Notes under the pieces: generated by a model
The model's database searches: none
The model's input: only the letters and a program-made list of their open reading frames with translations
Told to the model about the DNA's origin: nothing
From: Candidatus Aminicenantes bacterium
GTDB taxonomy: Bacteria; Acidobacteriota; Aminicenantia; Aminicenantales; JAFGBC01
DNA: 64,000 nt
Assembly (NCBI GenBank): GCA_963702005.1
Contig: OY969696.1
Location: forward strand, 928,001-992,000
Direction: 5' to 3'
Position numbers and translations under genes: made by a program
Shown: positions 29,211-38,200 of the stretch, one piece after another
How the letters are laid out: every line of letters starts with the position of its first letter
Numbering within the stretch: the stretch's first letter is position 1

Positions 29211-32192
29211 TCACGATCTTGGGACGCGCGTTTTTCTAAGCGTTTTCCTGAATGTGACAACGGCTGCGGCGGCCAGAACAACGAAGACAGTCCAGATGAG
29301 CCAAGAATGCCGGAAAAGAACCTGATCCGCCGTCCCGGTTACGATGAATCCAGCCCAGAAATAAGGATGGGAGGCTTCCCGGGACCCGATCATCTCAAGC
29401 TGGGCCCGCCGTAGGGCGTCCTCGACCGAGCGGGCGGAGCGGAGATAGGCGTAAAAACGCGCCATGAGATGCGAGCTGGCTTCGTCGTCGACGGCCCACA
29501 GGCTCATCAAAACGGAGGAAGCGCCCGCATAGAAGAAAGCCCGGCTCAGATTGTCGATCCCTTCGCCTCGAATGAACTGTCCCAATCCGGTCCTGCAGCC
29601 GGAGAGGGTCACGAGATCGGCCCGCAGGGAAAGGTTGATGATTTCACGCATCTGGAGGAGTCCGTCCTCGGCCGGGTCCCGGTCCAGGGTGAGAAGGATG
29701 GAGGATCGGGCGGGCTTGACGTCGTCGATGAGGCTGTGGGTCGCGAAATGAAGGATCCGGTAGTCGGAGAGGGGCAGGGACTTGAGGATATCCTCGGTCG
29801 CCTCACGGCCCATATATATGGTCGTCCTCTTCGGTTTAAAGGACGAAGCGATCCCTTGGACCTCGAAGCGGCTGTAGCGCAGAGGCCCGATTTGGAAAGG
29901 CAAAGAGGGGAAGATGTCCAGGAATGGCTGCGGATTCGCCGCGGCGTCTACAGGCGTCTCCTCCAACTTGAAGTCCGGATCCCCGAAGGCCAGGAGGTCT
30001 TTGGTCCAGCCGCGCCGGCGTCCTTTTCTTATCTGGACTAGCTCGCGAAGGGAAGAGAGCGAGGGCGCGTAGGAGATTCTGGCGCGCTCGATGAGCCAAT
30101 GGGGTCCTGAGGCGTCCGTGGCCAGAGCCTCGAAGGGGAGGAGGAAAAGAACGTCATCGGGGACGACGATGAGATGGTCGGGTATCGTGTCCAGCCCGGG
30201 GGCGACGAGCATATCGTAAAGCTCTTGTCCCATGGCGAATCCGCGGGCGTCCTTGTCGGTGATGACTTTGAGGTAGTCCGACACTTTCTTCTGGAGATCC
30301 TTCTTGGAAGGAAGAAGAAAAACCTTGAGGGTCTTCCGGGTCAGGGCGAAGCCCCAGGAGCGGACCTTGCCCAGCGCATAGGAAAGGCAGATCGTCCGGC
30401 GGTTCAGGAGGCGGCGGGCTTCGGCGAGGGTCGCGATGCGGGGATATTTGAGGCCGGCATAGGCGGGGCTTGCGGCCCGGATCTCGGTTTTGAGGCCTTC
30501 GAGTCTTTTCTCAAGGTCTTTGATTCGAAGGGCGATCTCGCTCTTTTCATCCGCCGTCAGCCCGGCCGTAAGGAGCCTTGTGTAGAGCCTCGAGACGTCG
30601 CCCATGATCTCCCTCTCTTGGTTAAGGAGCCGGGCATCGACGCCCTGGGACAAGGGGATTTCCGAAATCTCCAGGCTGTCCAGGAATGCGCGGGCTTTGG
30701 CTTTCTCCAGGTACTGGAAGGCCTCTTCGATGGAGGAAGGATCTTTCCCCTTGAGGCCCCGCTCGGCCAGGATGTCGATCAGGTTCAGGTAGGATTCCAA
30801 TCTCTTGTCCGTCGCCAGAAAACTCGCCTTGAGCTCCTCGAGCTTGATTTGGGACCTGATATCCTCGATGACGGCGATCGAATTCTTGTAGTTGATGATG
30901 GCCCGTTCGGTCTCTCCTTGTTTTTGGTAAACATTGGCGATCTCCAGGTAGGCTTCCCAGAGGATTTGGCCTCCGCTGATCTCCAGTCCGCGATCGATTG
31001 CCCTTTGAAAATACGTCGTCGAGACCTCGTACTGCCCCAGGCTGGCGTAGACGATTCCGATATTGTTGAGGATCATGCCCACGGCTTCCTCGTCTTTGAC
31101 GGTTTCAGCCTTAGCGAGAGCTTTTCGGAAATATTCCAGCGCGTCGGGATATTTTTCCTGGTCCGTGTAGATATTCCCGATGCTGTTCAAAACGCGGATT
31201 TCGGTCCTTTCGTCTTTGAGGCTTTTCAAAGTCTCTAAGGTCTGAAAATAGATATCCAAGGCTTTTGAAAAATAATCTTTATTATCCGATGAAATTGCCA
31301 TACGGCGATAAGTAATCCCGATGACGATCAGGTTTTTTAAAATATTTATTGAATTCGCAATTTCCCTATTTATATTTAATGAATTAGATAAATACTCTAA
31401 GGCATTGTCATATTCGCCTAAGTCGGAATAGATAAGTCCAATATTATGTATTATCTCTGCTTGTTCAGCCTTTTTTTTTAATAATTCCATTATGCTTAGA
31501 GAATTCTTAAAATTATTAAGTGCTTTTGAATAATCAATAATCTTCCAAAAGTAAATACCAATATTATTCATACATCGAGCTTCTTCGGCTTTATGGTGTA
31601 TTCTCCGCGCGACTTGTAAGGCTTCTTCGTTAATAGAATAAAATTCTTTTAAATTGCCTGTATCAAAATAGATAAGACTCGTTTGTCGTAAGCATTTTAC
31701 TTCATGATCTTGGCTTTTAATTGATCTTGCTAAAGTGATCGCCGACTCGAAAGCCTTTATAGCTTCGGCGTATTCTCTGGTGTTTCTGTATTTCTTGCCG
31801 TTATTATATTCATCGTAAATCCGAAGTGCCGTGGTGCAGGTCTCCAGGGAAATCTCGTCGGCAAGAGTTTTTGAAAGGATTCTCCCTTCCTCGAAGCATC
31901 GAGCTGATTCCTGGAGCTCCCCCGTATTCCAATACAGAAAGCCCAGCTGCTCCAAAGATAAAAGTTCCAGGGGCCGGTCCTTGCTCTTCTTGGCCAGCTC
32001 TCGGACTTTGATTTGGCCTTGGATGGCTTCGTCGAACCTGCCTTCGCCTCTTAGGGTGACACAAGAATCGTAAAGAGAATGAAGGTTGCTGCTCTCTCTC
32101 GTTGAAACAGGAAGTCCGTTGAGCTGAGGTGTAGTGAACAAGATAGCGAGGAAGGCGTAAAAACAGAGAGTCGAGCGTATTTCTAAACGCAT
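29211..32192 (-). CDS. TPR-CHAT domain protease with signal peptide and C-terminal membrane anchor
   Basis: TPRs, EKAKARAFLD, VVPDD..LPFEAL, LHFATHS (His), TLSGCRT (Cys), HPYFWAGF; C-terminal TM plus basic tail. Confidence 0.92.
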   Translation of the reverse strand: MRLEIRSTLCFYAFLAILFTTPQLNGLPVSTRESSNLHSLYDSCVTLRGEGRFDEAIQGQIKVRELAKKSKDRPLELLSLEQLGFLYWNTGELQESARCFEEGRILSKTLADEISLETCTTALRIYDEYNNGKKYRNTREYAEAIKAFESAITLARSIKSQDHEVKCLRQTSLIYFDTGNLKEFYSINEEALQVARRIHHKAEEARCMNNIGIYFWKIIDYSKALNNFKNSLSIMELLKKKAEQAEIIHNIGLIYSDLGEYDNALEYLSNSLNINREIANSINILKNLIVIGITYRRMAISSDNKDYFSKALDIYFQTLETLKSLKDERTEIRVLNSIGNIYTDQEKYPDALEYFRKALAKAETVKDEEAVGMILNNIGIVYASLGQYEVSTTYFQRAIDRGLEISGGQILWEAYLEIANVYQKQGETERAIINYKNSIAVIEDIRSQIKLEELKASFLATDKRLESYLNLIDILAERGLKGKDPSSIEEAFQYLEKAKARAFLDSLEISEIPLSQGVDARLLNQEREIMGDVSRLYTRLLTAGLTADEKSEIALRIKDLEKRLEGLKTEIRAASPAYAGLKYPRIATLAEARRLLNRRTICLSYALGKVRSWGFALTRKTLKVFLLPSKKDLQKKVSDYLKVITDKDARGFAMGQELYDMLVAPGLDTIPDHLIVVPDDVLFLLPFEALATDASGPHWLIERARISYAPSLSSLRELVQIRKGRRRGWTKDLLAFGDPDFKLEETPVDAAANPQPFLDIFPSLPFQIGPLRYSRFEVQGIASSFKPKRTTIYMGREATEDILKSLPLSDYRILHFATHSLIDDVKPARSSILLTLDRDPAEDGLLQMREIINLSLRADLVTLSGCRTGLGQFIRGEGIDNLSRAFFYAGASSVLMSLWAVDDEASSHLMARFYAYLRSARSVEDALRRAQLEMIGSREASHPYFWAGFIVTGTADQVLFRHSWLIWTVFVVLAAAAVVTFRKTLRKTRVPRS

Positions 32193-32363
32193 GGATATAG
32201 ATTACCAAAAAACAAAGTAGAATATATTAAAATATAAACGGAACGTGAAGCCTTCTTATGTTATGTTAAAGAAATTTTGATGAGCTATTATCTCCCCCCC
32301 TTTGAGCATGAGGTAAGCTCTAAGTCGAAGCAACTAATCAAATACACTTATAAATGTTCGCCT

Positions 32364-32663
32364 TCAATCGCCATCGCTGGGGCACGGGGGCGGCAGGTCT
32401 CCCGTGGGGCGAGCGTTGAGCGTGGGCTTGTAATTAGCCTTCTGGGGCATATCTTTAGAAGGCAGCCCCGGCAGTCCGAGTTTCAGAAGGCCGGCGAGAT
32501 AAGGAAACAGGGAATAGACGAGGAGAAGGGGTTTGGTAAGCAGGGGCCGGGAGCTGGATTTTGCGACCTTCTTCTCCGCGTTGATCGCTCCGGGAACGAT
32601 AAGCATCAGGAAGGCGAGACAGACGACGACCGACACAGCTTTCTTGAGAATCGCTGGGTGCAT
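32364..32663 (-). CDS. Small secreted protein / peptide precursor (99 aa)
   Basis: AAGGAGGT RBS, MHPAILKKAVSVVVCLAFLMLIVPGAINA signal peptide, Pro-rich C-terminus RPTGDLPPPCPSDGD. Confidence 0.75.
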   Translation of the reverse strand: MHPAILKKAVSVVVCLAFLMLIVPGAINAEKKVAKSSSRPLLTKPLLLVYSLFPYLAGLLKLGLPGLPSKDMPQKANYKPTLNARPTGDLPPPCPSDGD

Positions 32664-32761
32664 AAAAACCTCCTTAAATCCAAGGCTACACCCTTGGTGA
32701 TGGCGGAAAGACGGAACGATAGGTGGAGTTATGTCATCTTCATCATCCAAGGCGTGCTTTA

Positions 32762-32790
32762 AATGTAAGGGAGCGGGCGGCAAATGTCAA
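32762..32790 (-). promoter_or_regulatory. sigma70-type promoter of the small precursor gene
   Basis: Minus strand TTGACA, 17 bp spacer, TACATT. Confidence 0.6.
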
Positions 32791-32854
32791 GCGGGGGAGG
32801 TCCGTTGCAACGGGCGCCACGCCTCCAGGCGGACGTATTCACTCAATCCCTCGA

Positions 32855-32920
32855 CACTCATAAGCCGGGAACGGCTTATGAGCACTGCGAAACCGCGGCA
32901 CTCATGGAAGCCACGAGTGC
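32855..32920. repeat. Pair of ACTCAT-type hairpins (REP-like family)
   Basis: CTCATAAGCCG-GGAA-CGGCTTATGAG and GCACTCATGG-AAG-CCACGAGTGC; same family as hairpins at 46.6-62.2 kb. Confidence 0.65.
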
Positions 32921-32972
32921 AGCCTTTCAGGGCAGGGTAGCGTCGGCGAACGAATCAGTAGCCGGGAAAAGC

Positions 32973-33377
32973 TTATTTTTTGAAGAAATAGGCGATTTCC
33001 CATTCGGCCGTTGCCGGAGCGTCCGAGCCGTGGACGGCGTTCCTCTCCACGGAAAAGCCGTATAGACGGCGCAGGGTTCCGGGCTTTGCCAACGCCGGGT
33101 CCGTGGCGCCCATGACCTCCCGCCAGCGGGCGATGGCGTCTTCCGCCTCGAGGGGCAGGATCACGACTTCCCCCGAGGACATGAAATCCGTCAGGCTCTG
33201 GTAGAAGGGCTTGTCTTTGTGGACGATGTAGAAGCCCATGGCTTCGTCCTTGGTCAGACGGACCATCTTGATGTTTAGGATGAGGAATCCTTCTTCTTCG
33301 ATCCTCTGAATGATCGGCCCGATTATTCTCTTCTTGACGGCGTCGGGCTTGATGATTGCCAAGGTCCTTTCGACCAT
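32973..33377 (-). CDS. ndk: Nucleoside diphosphate kinase
   Basis: ERTLAIIKPDAV, GATDP, RNAVHGSD. Confidence 0.97.
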   Translation of the reverse strand: MVERTLAIIKPDAVKKRIIGPIIQRIEEEGFLILNIKMVRLTKDEAMGFYIVHKDKPFYQSLTDFMSSGEVVILPLEAEDAIARWREVMGATDPALAKPGTLRRLYGFSVERNAVHGSDAPATAEWEIAYFFKK

Positions 33378-33503
33378 AATGAGCTCCTTAAAACGGTCGG
33401 GGTACCCTTCCATATACCCGATTTTGGGGAGATGAGTCAACTTGGATGGCGCGCACCCTCGTCCATTGACAGGGGGGGAGTCCCATCGATACAATGAACC
33501 TCC

Positions 33504-34208
33504 GTGGCGGACCTAAAAGAGAACCAAGAGCGGATCGAAAAGAAGGCTTTCGACATCGGCTTCTCCCTGTTCGGCGTCGCCGATATTCGGGAAGCCCGGG
33601 CGGAATTCTTATTGGCCGCCGACATTCGAGAGTCGTTCCAGTTCGGGATTTCATTGGGCCGCCGTCTCATCGATGCCGTTCTCGAGGACATTCGGGATGC
33701 TCCCACGCCCCTCTATTTTCATCACTACAGACAAGTGAACGCCTTCTTGGACCGTGGGGCGCTTCTGCTCGCTTCATTCATCCAGGACCTAGGCTATCGA
33801 GCGCTCCCGATCGCCGCCTCCCAGATCGTCGATTGGGAGCGTCAGCGCGGCCACGTCTCCCACAAGGCGATCGGCCGGCTGGCGGGACTGGGCTGGATCG
33901 GCCGGAACAACCTTCTCGTAAATCCCGAATACGGGGCCCGGCTCCGGCTGGTCACCGTTCTGACCGATATGCCTCTTCCGGCCGCCACCCCGATTCCCTT
34001 CGGCTGCGGGAGCTGCCGCGCCTGCATCGCTCCCTGTCCGGCTCGGTCGATAAAGGAGAAGCCGGAAGATTTCGACCACAGATCCTGCTACGAGAAGCTT
34101 AAGGAATTCCGGCAATCGGGGCTGGTCGGTCAGTTCATCTGCGGAGTCTGCGTCAAATCCTGCCGGGGGGGGCGCGCTTCGGCCCGGTCTCGACAAGACC
34201 CCCAATAG
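33504..34208 (+). CDS. Epoxyqueuosine reductase-like 4Fe-4S protein
   Basis: SHK...AGLGWIGRNNLL..PEYGARLRL; CGSCRACIAPCP and CGVCVKSC. Confidence 0.8.
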   Translation: MADLKENQERIEKKAFDIGFSLFGVADIREARAEFLLAADIRESFQFGISLGRRLIDAVLEDIRDAPTPLYFHHYRQVNAFLDRGALLLASFIQDLGYRALPIAASQIVDWERQRGHVSHKAIGRLAGLGWIGRNNLLVNPEYGARLRLVTVLTDMPLPAATPIPFGCGSCRACIAPCPARSIKEKPEDFDHRSCYEKLKEFRQSGLVGQFICGVCVKSCRGGRASARSRQDPQ

Positions 34209-34211
34209 AAA

Positions 34212-34784
34212 CTATTTCTCGGCCTCCTTGATGGGGATCCAGATCTCGGTTTTAAGGTTTTCAAGGTTGCCGGTCGCGGCGTCCACATCCGTATACCGTT
34301 CCACCACGGGGCCGGCCGCCTTGTATCCGTTGTCTTTGATCCAAGTCATCATCGCGGAGATGGTTTCCTGGGTCGTCTCGTAGGAGCCTGTGTGAACGCA
34401 GGTGGCCACCCGGCTGAAAGTCCATTGCTTCTTGTGGAGGATGGGCCTGTTATCGGTTTCTACAGATTCGGGATAACTCACGTCGGTTTCCTCGGATATG
34501 GGGAAACCCACTTCGTAGTAGATCTCCGCCGGCTTGACAAGTTCCGGCTCGTTGAAGAAGATGGCCATCATCGGGCCCGCGGGCACAACATTCAGCTGTT
34601 GGAAGGCCTCCATGAGCTGGTTGACAACATCGGGGATCTCCGAGAAGGGGCCGTTATGGCCCATGCAGGCGTAGCTGAAAGGCTCGACCTCCTTAATCGT
34701 GACCTTTACGGTCGTCTGCCCGGCCCCAAGGGCTAAGCCTGAGACAATCGCTCCGACAAGAACCAGGCCGATCGCTTTATTCAT
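34212..34784 (-). CDS. GyrI-like small-molecule-binding protein with signal peptide
   Basis: HNGPF, HTGSY, GPVVERY and KTEIWIPI motifs. Confidence 0.8.
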   Translation of the reverse strand: MNKAIGLVLVGAIVSGLALGAGQTTVKVTIKEVEPFSYACMGHNGPFSEIPDVVNQLMEAFQQLNVVPAGPMMAIFFNEPELVKPAEIYYEVGFPISEETDVSYPESVETDNRPILHKKQWTFSRVATCVHTGSYETTQETISAMMTWIKDNGYKAAGPVVERYTDVDAATGNLENLKTEIWIPIKEAEK

Positions 34785-34890
34785 GATCCGCTCCTCCCGA
34801 CCGAGCGCATTGTAACCCACCCTTAAAATAATATCATTCCCCCGGGAATATTCAATCCCTTTAGCGGAGCTGGCAGCAGCCTTGCAGGAC

Positions 34891-35739
34891 TCAGCGCTTC
34901 CAGGGAATGCTCTCGAGATTCTCCATCCGTTCCAGGGCGGGTTGGTCGGTCTGATCGATCCGGAACGGCGTGATCGAAACGTATCCGTTGTGGACGGCCC
35001 AGACGTCCGTCGGGGCTTCGCCGGAATCGAGGGGATTATTGAGAGGCCAGAAGTAGCGCACTCCGGAGGGATTCGTTCGTCCCTCGAAGGATTCCCTGGA
35101 AGCCCGCAGATCCTGGGGGACGACCCGGAATCCCTTGATCCGGCCGTATTCCAGCGCCGGAACGTTGACATTGAGATAAATCCCCGCAGGCCATTTCCCG
35201 GACAGGCATTCTTGGGCGAGGAAGGCCGCGATCTTGGCGGCCGCGCCATAATCCATGGTTTGTCCGCTTTCCAGGGAAACGGCGATAGCGGGAATTCTTT
35301 TGATAGCCGCTTCCCGGGCGCAAGCCACCGTGGCCGAATAGAATGTCACGACGCCGAGGTTTTCTCCCCGGTTGATGCCTGAAACGACGATGGCGGGCGG
35401 TTCCTCCAGCAGATTTTCCAGGGCCAGGCGGACGCAGGTCGCGGGCAGGGCGTCGATCGCATACCAGCGGGCCCCCTTTCGTTCGGACTCATGGACCAGA
35501 ATCGGGCCGTCGATGACGATCCCGTGACCGACGGCGCTGCGCCCTTGGGAGGGAGCCGCCACGGTCACGGGTCCCAAGGCCGAAAGGGCATCGAAAAGGG
35601 CCGCCAGGCCGGGCGCTTCGATCCCGTCATCGTTGGAGATAAGGATCCGGGGAGCCGCCTTCTCGACCGCCGGTGCCGCCGTCGGCCAATAGCAGATGAA
35701 AACCAGGACGGGAATAAGGAAGATTCCGTATTTTTTCAT
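34891..35739 (-). CDS. surE: 5'/3'-nucleotidase SurE with N-terminal signal peptide
   Basis: RILISNDDGIEAPG, VSGINRGENLG..FYSATV, VSITP. Confidence 0.9.
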   Translation of the reverse strand: MKKYGIFLIPVLVFICYWPTAAPAVEKAAPRILISNDDGIEAPGLAALFDALSALGPVTVAAPSQGRSAVGHGIVIDGPILVHESERKGARWYAIDALPATCVRLALENLLEEPPAIVVSGINRGENLGVVTFYSATVACAREAAIKRIPAIAVSLESGQTMDYGAAAKIAAFLAQECLSGKWPAGIYLNVNVPALEYGRIKGFRVVPQDLRASRESFEGRTNPSGVRYFWPLNNPLDSGEAPTDVWAVHNGYVSITPFRIDQTDQPALERMENLESIPWKR

Positions 35740-35833
35740 GGCGCCTCCTGTCGAGACTCGTCGATTGCCCAAAGGTTGTGCAGACCATGGGAAGTTCAAG
35801 ACCCTTAGTCTATTAGACGGCGATCCCGCGCGT

Positions 35834-35868
35834 TTTTCCACATGGTTATGCACACGAATTGTGGATAA
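35834..35868. promoter_or_regulatory. Cluster of three DnaA-box-like 9-mers
   Basis: TTTTCCACA, TTATGCACA and TGTGGATAA (perfect box on minus strand). Confidence 0.45.
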
Positions 35869-35990
35869 GTGGCTGATCGCCTCGTTCATTCCTTCTATAT
35901 ATCCGATCTGGCCGTCCGATTTCAAATCCGTTTGGACCATCTAAACCGCCTTGGGATATAATATCAACGCGCCGGATATGAGAAAATAGA

Positions 35991-37775
35991 ATGACTCATA
36001 AACATCGGGTCTCGTCGGGACTCCTTCTGTCCTGTATTGTGCTTATTCTTGCTTTGTCAGCGGGCTGCTCCGGCCGGAAGGCCCAGCCGGCCGACCTCGT
36101 CCTCCTCAACGGCGCCGTCTATACGATGACGGACGCCCGTCCCCGGGCTATGGCCGTCGTGATCGCGGGGAACAGGATTATCGCTCTCTATGACAACGAT
36201 TTGGACGCCAAGCGGCATATCGCCCGCCGGACGCGGGTGATCGACCTCGAGGGGCGCATGGCCGTCCCCGGGCTCATCGACTCCCATGTTCACTTCGATC
36301 GGGCCGGCGCCCTCATCAATGATGCCAACCTCATGACGGTGTCCGATGAGTCCTCCCTGAGAAAGGAGGTCGGCCGCGTCGCCGGGATCCTCGAGGACGG
36401 AGAATGGATCACGGAAGGGCTCTGGGGGGCTTATGAGCAGTGGGCCCTCGGGACGGCGGGAGAGACCGGCTCGAGCGGAAAGCTTCCCTGGCGGCCCGAT
36501 CGCCGGATGATCGACGATGTCACCCCCCATAATCCCTGCTTTCTGTGCCGGTTTGATGCCCGGGAGTGGTTGGCCAATACGGCGGCCTTGACCGCCTCCG
36601 GCCTTCTTGACGCCCCTCTCGAGGGCATGGAAACCGATCCCCAGGGCCGGCCCACCGGGATCGTTTTCTATCCCTCCCCGGCATACGACGCTTCAGCCGG
36701 GGCGCGGAAGCCCAAGTCCCATAAACGACTGCTCGACGAGAACAGGGCGGCCCTCAGGGTCCTCCGGGAAGCCGGCATCGTCGAGGTCCACGATATCGAG
36801 ACGCCCGACCAGACGGAGCGGTTCTGCGAGCTCCAGGAGCTGGGCGAGTTGACTTGCCGGGTTTGGCTCAGGCCGGACCTGTCCCGGGCGGCCGAACTCC
36901 GGGACCGGGGTTTCCGGATGGGAGACAACCCACGGACGCGACGGCCGGACGCCTGGCTCCGCTATGGCGCGCTCAAGGGCTACGTCGACGGCATCATGGG
37001 CACTCACGGCGCCCTCTTCTTCGAGGCCTACAGCGACCAGCCGGGGAACTGCGGCCACTGGCGTGAGCATACTTCCGACGATCCGGAGTTCAAGGTCGGA
37101 AACATGGAGAAAATGTACGGGCTTATCCGGACGGGCTTGGCCGCCGGGTTCGTCCCCAACGTTCATGCCATCGGCGATCGGGGAGTGGCCGAGCTGCTGG
37201 ATCTCTATGAACGGATCCGGCGCGAGATGGGGATCGAGCTCAAGGGTTTCAGTGTCATTCACGCCCAGGTCGTCCGGCCCCAGGATTTCGCCCGATTCAA
37301 GACCCTGGGGGTCATCGCCGAAGTCAATCCTTACCACATCTCGGACGATATGCGCTGGATGGAGGAGAGGATCGGCCGGGAGCGCTGCCGCGGGGCCTAT
37401 GCGTTCCGATCCCTTATCGACAACGGCGCGACCCTCTGTTTCGGGTCCGATTGGCCGGGAACGAGCGCCGCATATTACCAGGTCCATCCCCGCTACCTCA
37501 TCTATGCGGCCGTCGCCCGGAAGACCGTTCGGGGATCTCCCCCCGGGGGCTGGTTTCCGGAGCAAAGGCTTACCGTTGAGGAAGCCCTCCGGGCCTATAC
37601 GATAAACGGCGCCCGGGCCGCGTTCGATGACTCGTCGCGGGGCACGCTCGAACCGGGCAAGATCGCCGATATCACGATCTTCGACCGCGACCTATTCAAG
37701 GTGGCCGAAGCGGATATCCTCAAGGCCGAAGTCGATTATACGATCGTGGACGGCCGCGTCGTCTTTGAACGTTAG
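35991..37775 (+). CDS. Amidohydrolase_3 (YtcJ-like) lipoprotein
   Basis: SAGC lipobox, PGLIDSHVH, HAIGDRG, IHAQ, FGSDWP, GTLEPGKIAD. Confidence 0.9.
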   Translation: MTHKHRVSSGLLLSCIVLILALSAGCSGRKAQPADLVLLNGAVYTMTDARPRAMAVVIAGNRIIALYDNDLDAKRHIARRTRVIDLEGRMAVPGLIDSHVHFDRAGALINDANLMTVSDESSLRKEVGRVAGILEDGEWITEGLWGAYEQWALGTAGETGSSGKLPWRPDRRMIDDVTPHNPCFLCRFDAREWLANTAALTASGLLDAPLEGMETDPQGRPTGIVFYPSPAYDASAGARKPKSHKRLLDENRAALRVLREAGIVEVHDIETPDQTERFCELQELGELTCRVWLRPDLSRAAELRDRGFRMGDNPRTRRPDAWLRYGALKGYVDGIMGTHGALFFEAYSDQPGNCGHWREHTSDDPEFKVGNMEKMYGLIRTGLAAGFVPNVHAIGDRGVAELLDLYERIRREMGIELKGFSVIHAQVVRPQDFARFKTLGVIAEVNPYHISDDMRWMEERIGRERCRGAYAFRSLIDNGATLCFGSDWPGTSAAYYQVHPRYLIYAAVARKTVRGSPPGGWFPEQRLTVEEALRAYTINGARAAFDDSSRGTLEPGKIADITIFDRDLFKVAEADILKAEVDYTIVDGRVVFER

Positions 37776-37780
37776 CCCGT

Positions 37781-38200
37781 TCAGACCTTCCGAGCTTTGA
37801 TCCGTCCCGTGATGGCCAGGGTGATGCGGTAGCGCCCCCAACGATTCCAGACCTGAATAGTGGCGAGAGGTGAGACCGTTCCCTGCGGCTGGAAGACGGG
37901 CGCCGCGTTGGCTTGGATGCTGACGCCGGGAACGACATGGCTTTCGAACGGAGCCCAGGCTTTATGGTCCGGCCGCCAACGCTCAAGGAATAAGGACGTT
38001 TCAGCGAATCGGACACGGACGGGTTCTCCTTTGACGGCGGCCCTGAAGCGGCCGGCGTTCAAGCGGGCTTCGACTTCCCAGACCCCACTCAGCAACCGGT
38101 ACTTGGCTTCGAGACCGGCGATGCCGACCGAGGCGGAAAACAGAAAAAGGGCGACGATCGCGATCGAAAGGACGGTTTCGAACAGGGAAAATCCTTTCAT
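37781..38200 (-). CDS. Type IV minor pilin (FimT/GspH-like)
   Basis: MKG-FSLFE prepilin cleavage motif; VFQPQG and ITGRIK. Confidence 0.75.
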   Translation of the reverse strand: MKGFSLFETVLSIAIVALFLFSASVGIAGLEAKYRLLSGVWEVEARLNAGRFRAAVKGEPVRVRFAETSLFLERWRPDHKAWAPFESHVVPGVSIQANAAPVFQPQGTVSPLATIQVWNRWGRYRITLAITGRIKARKV

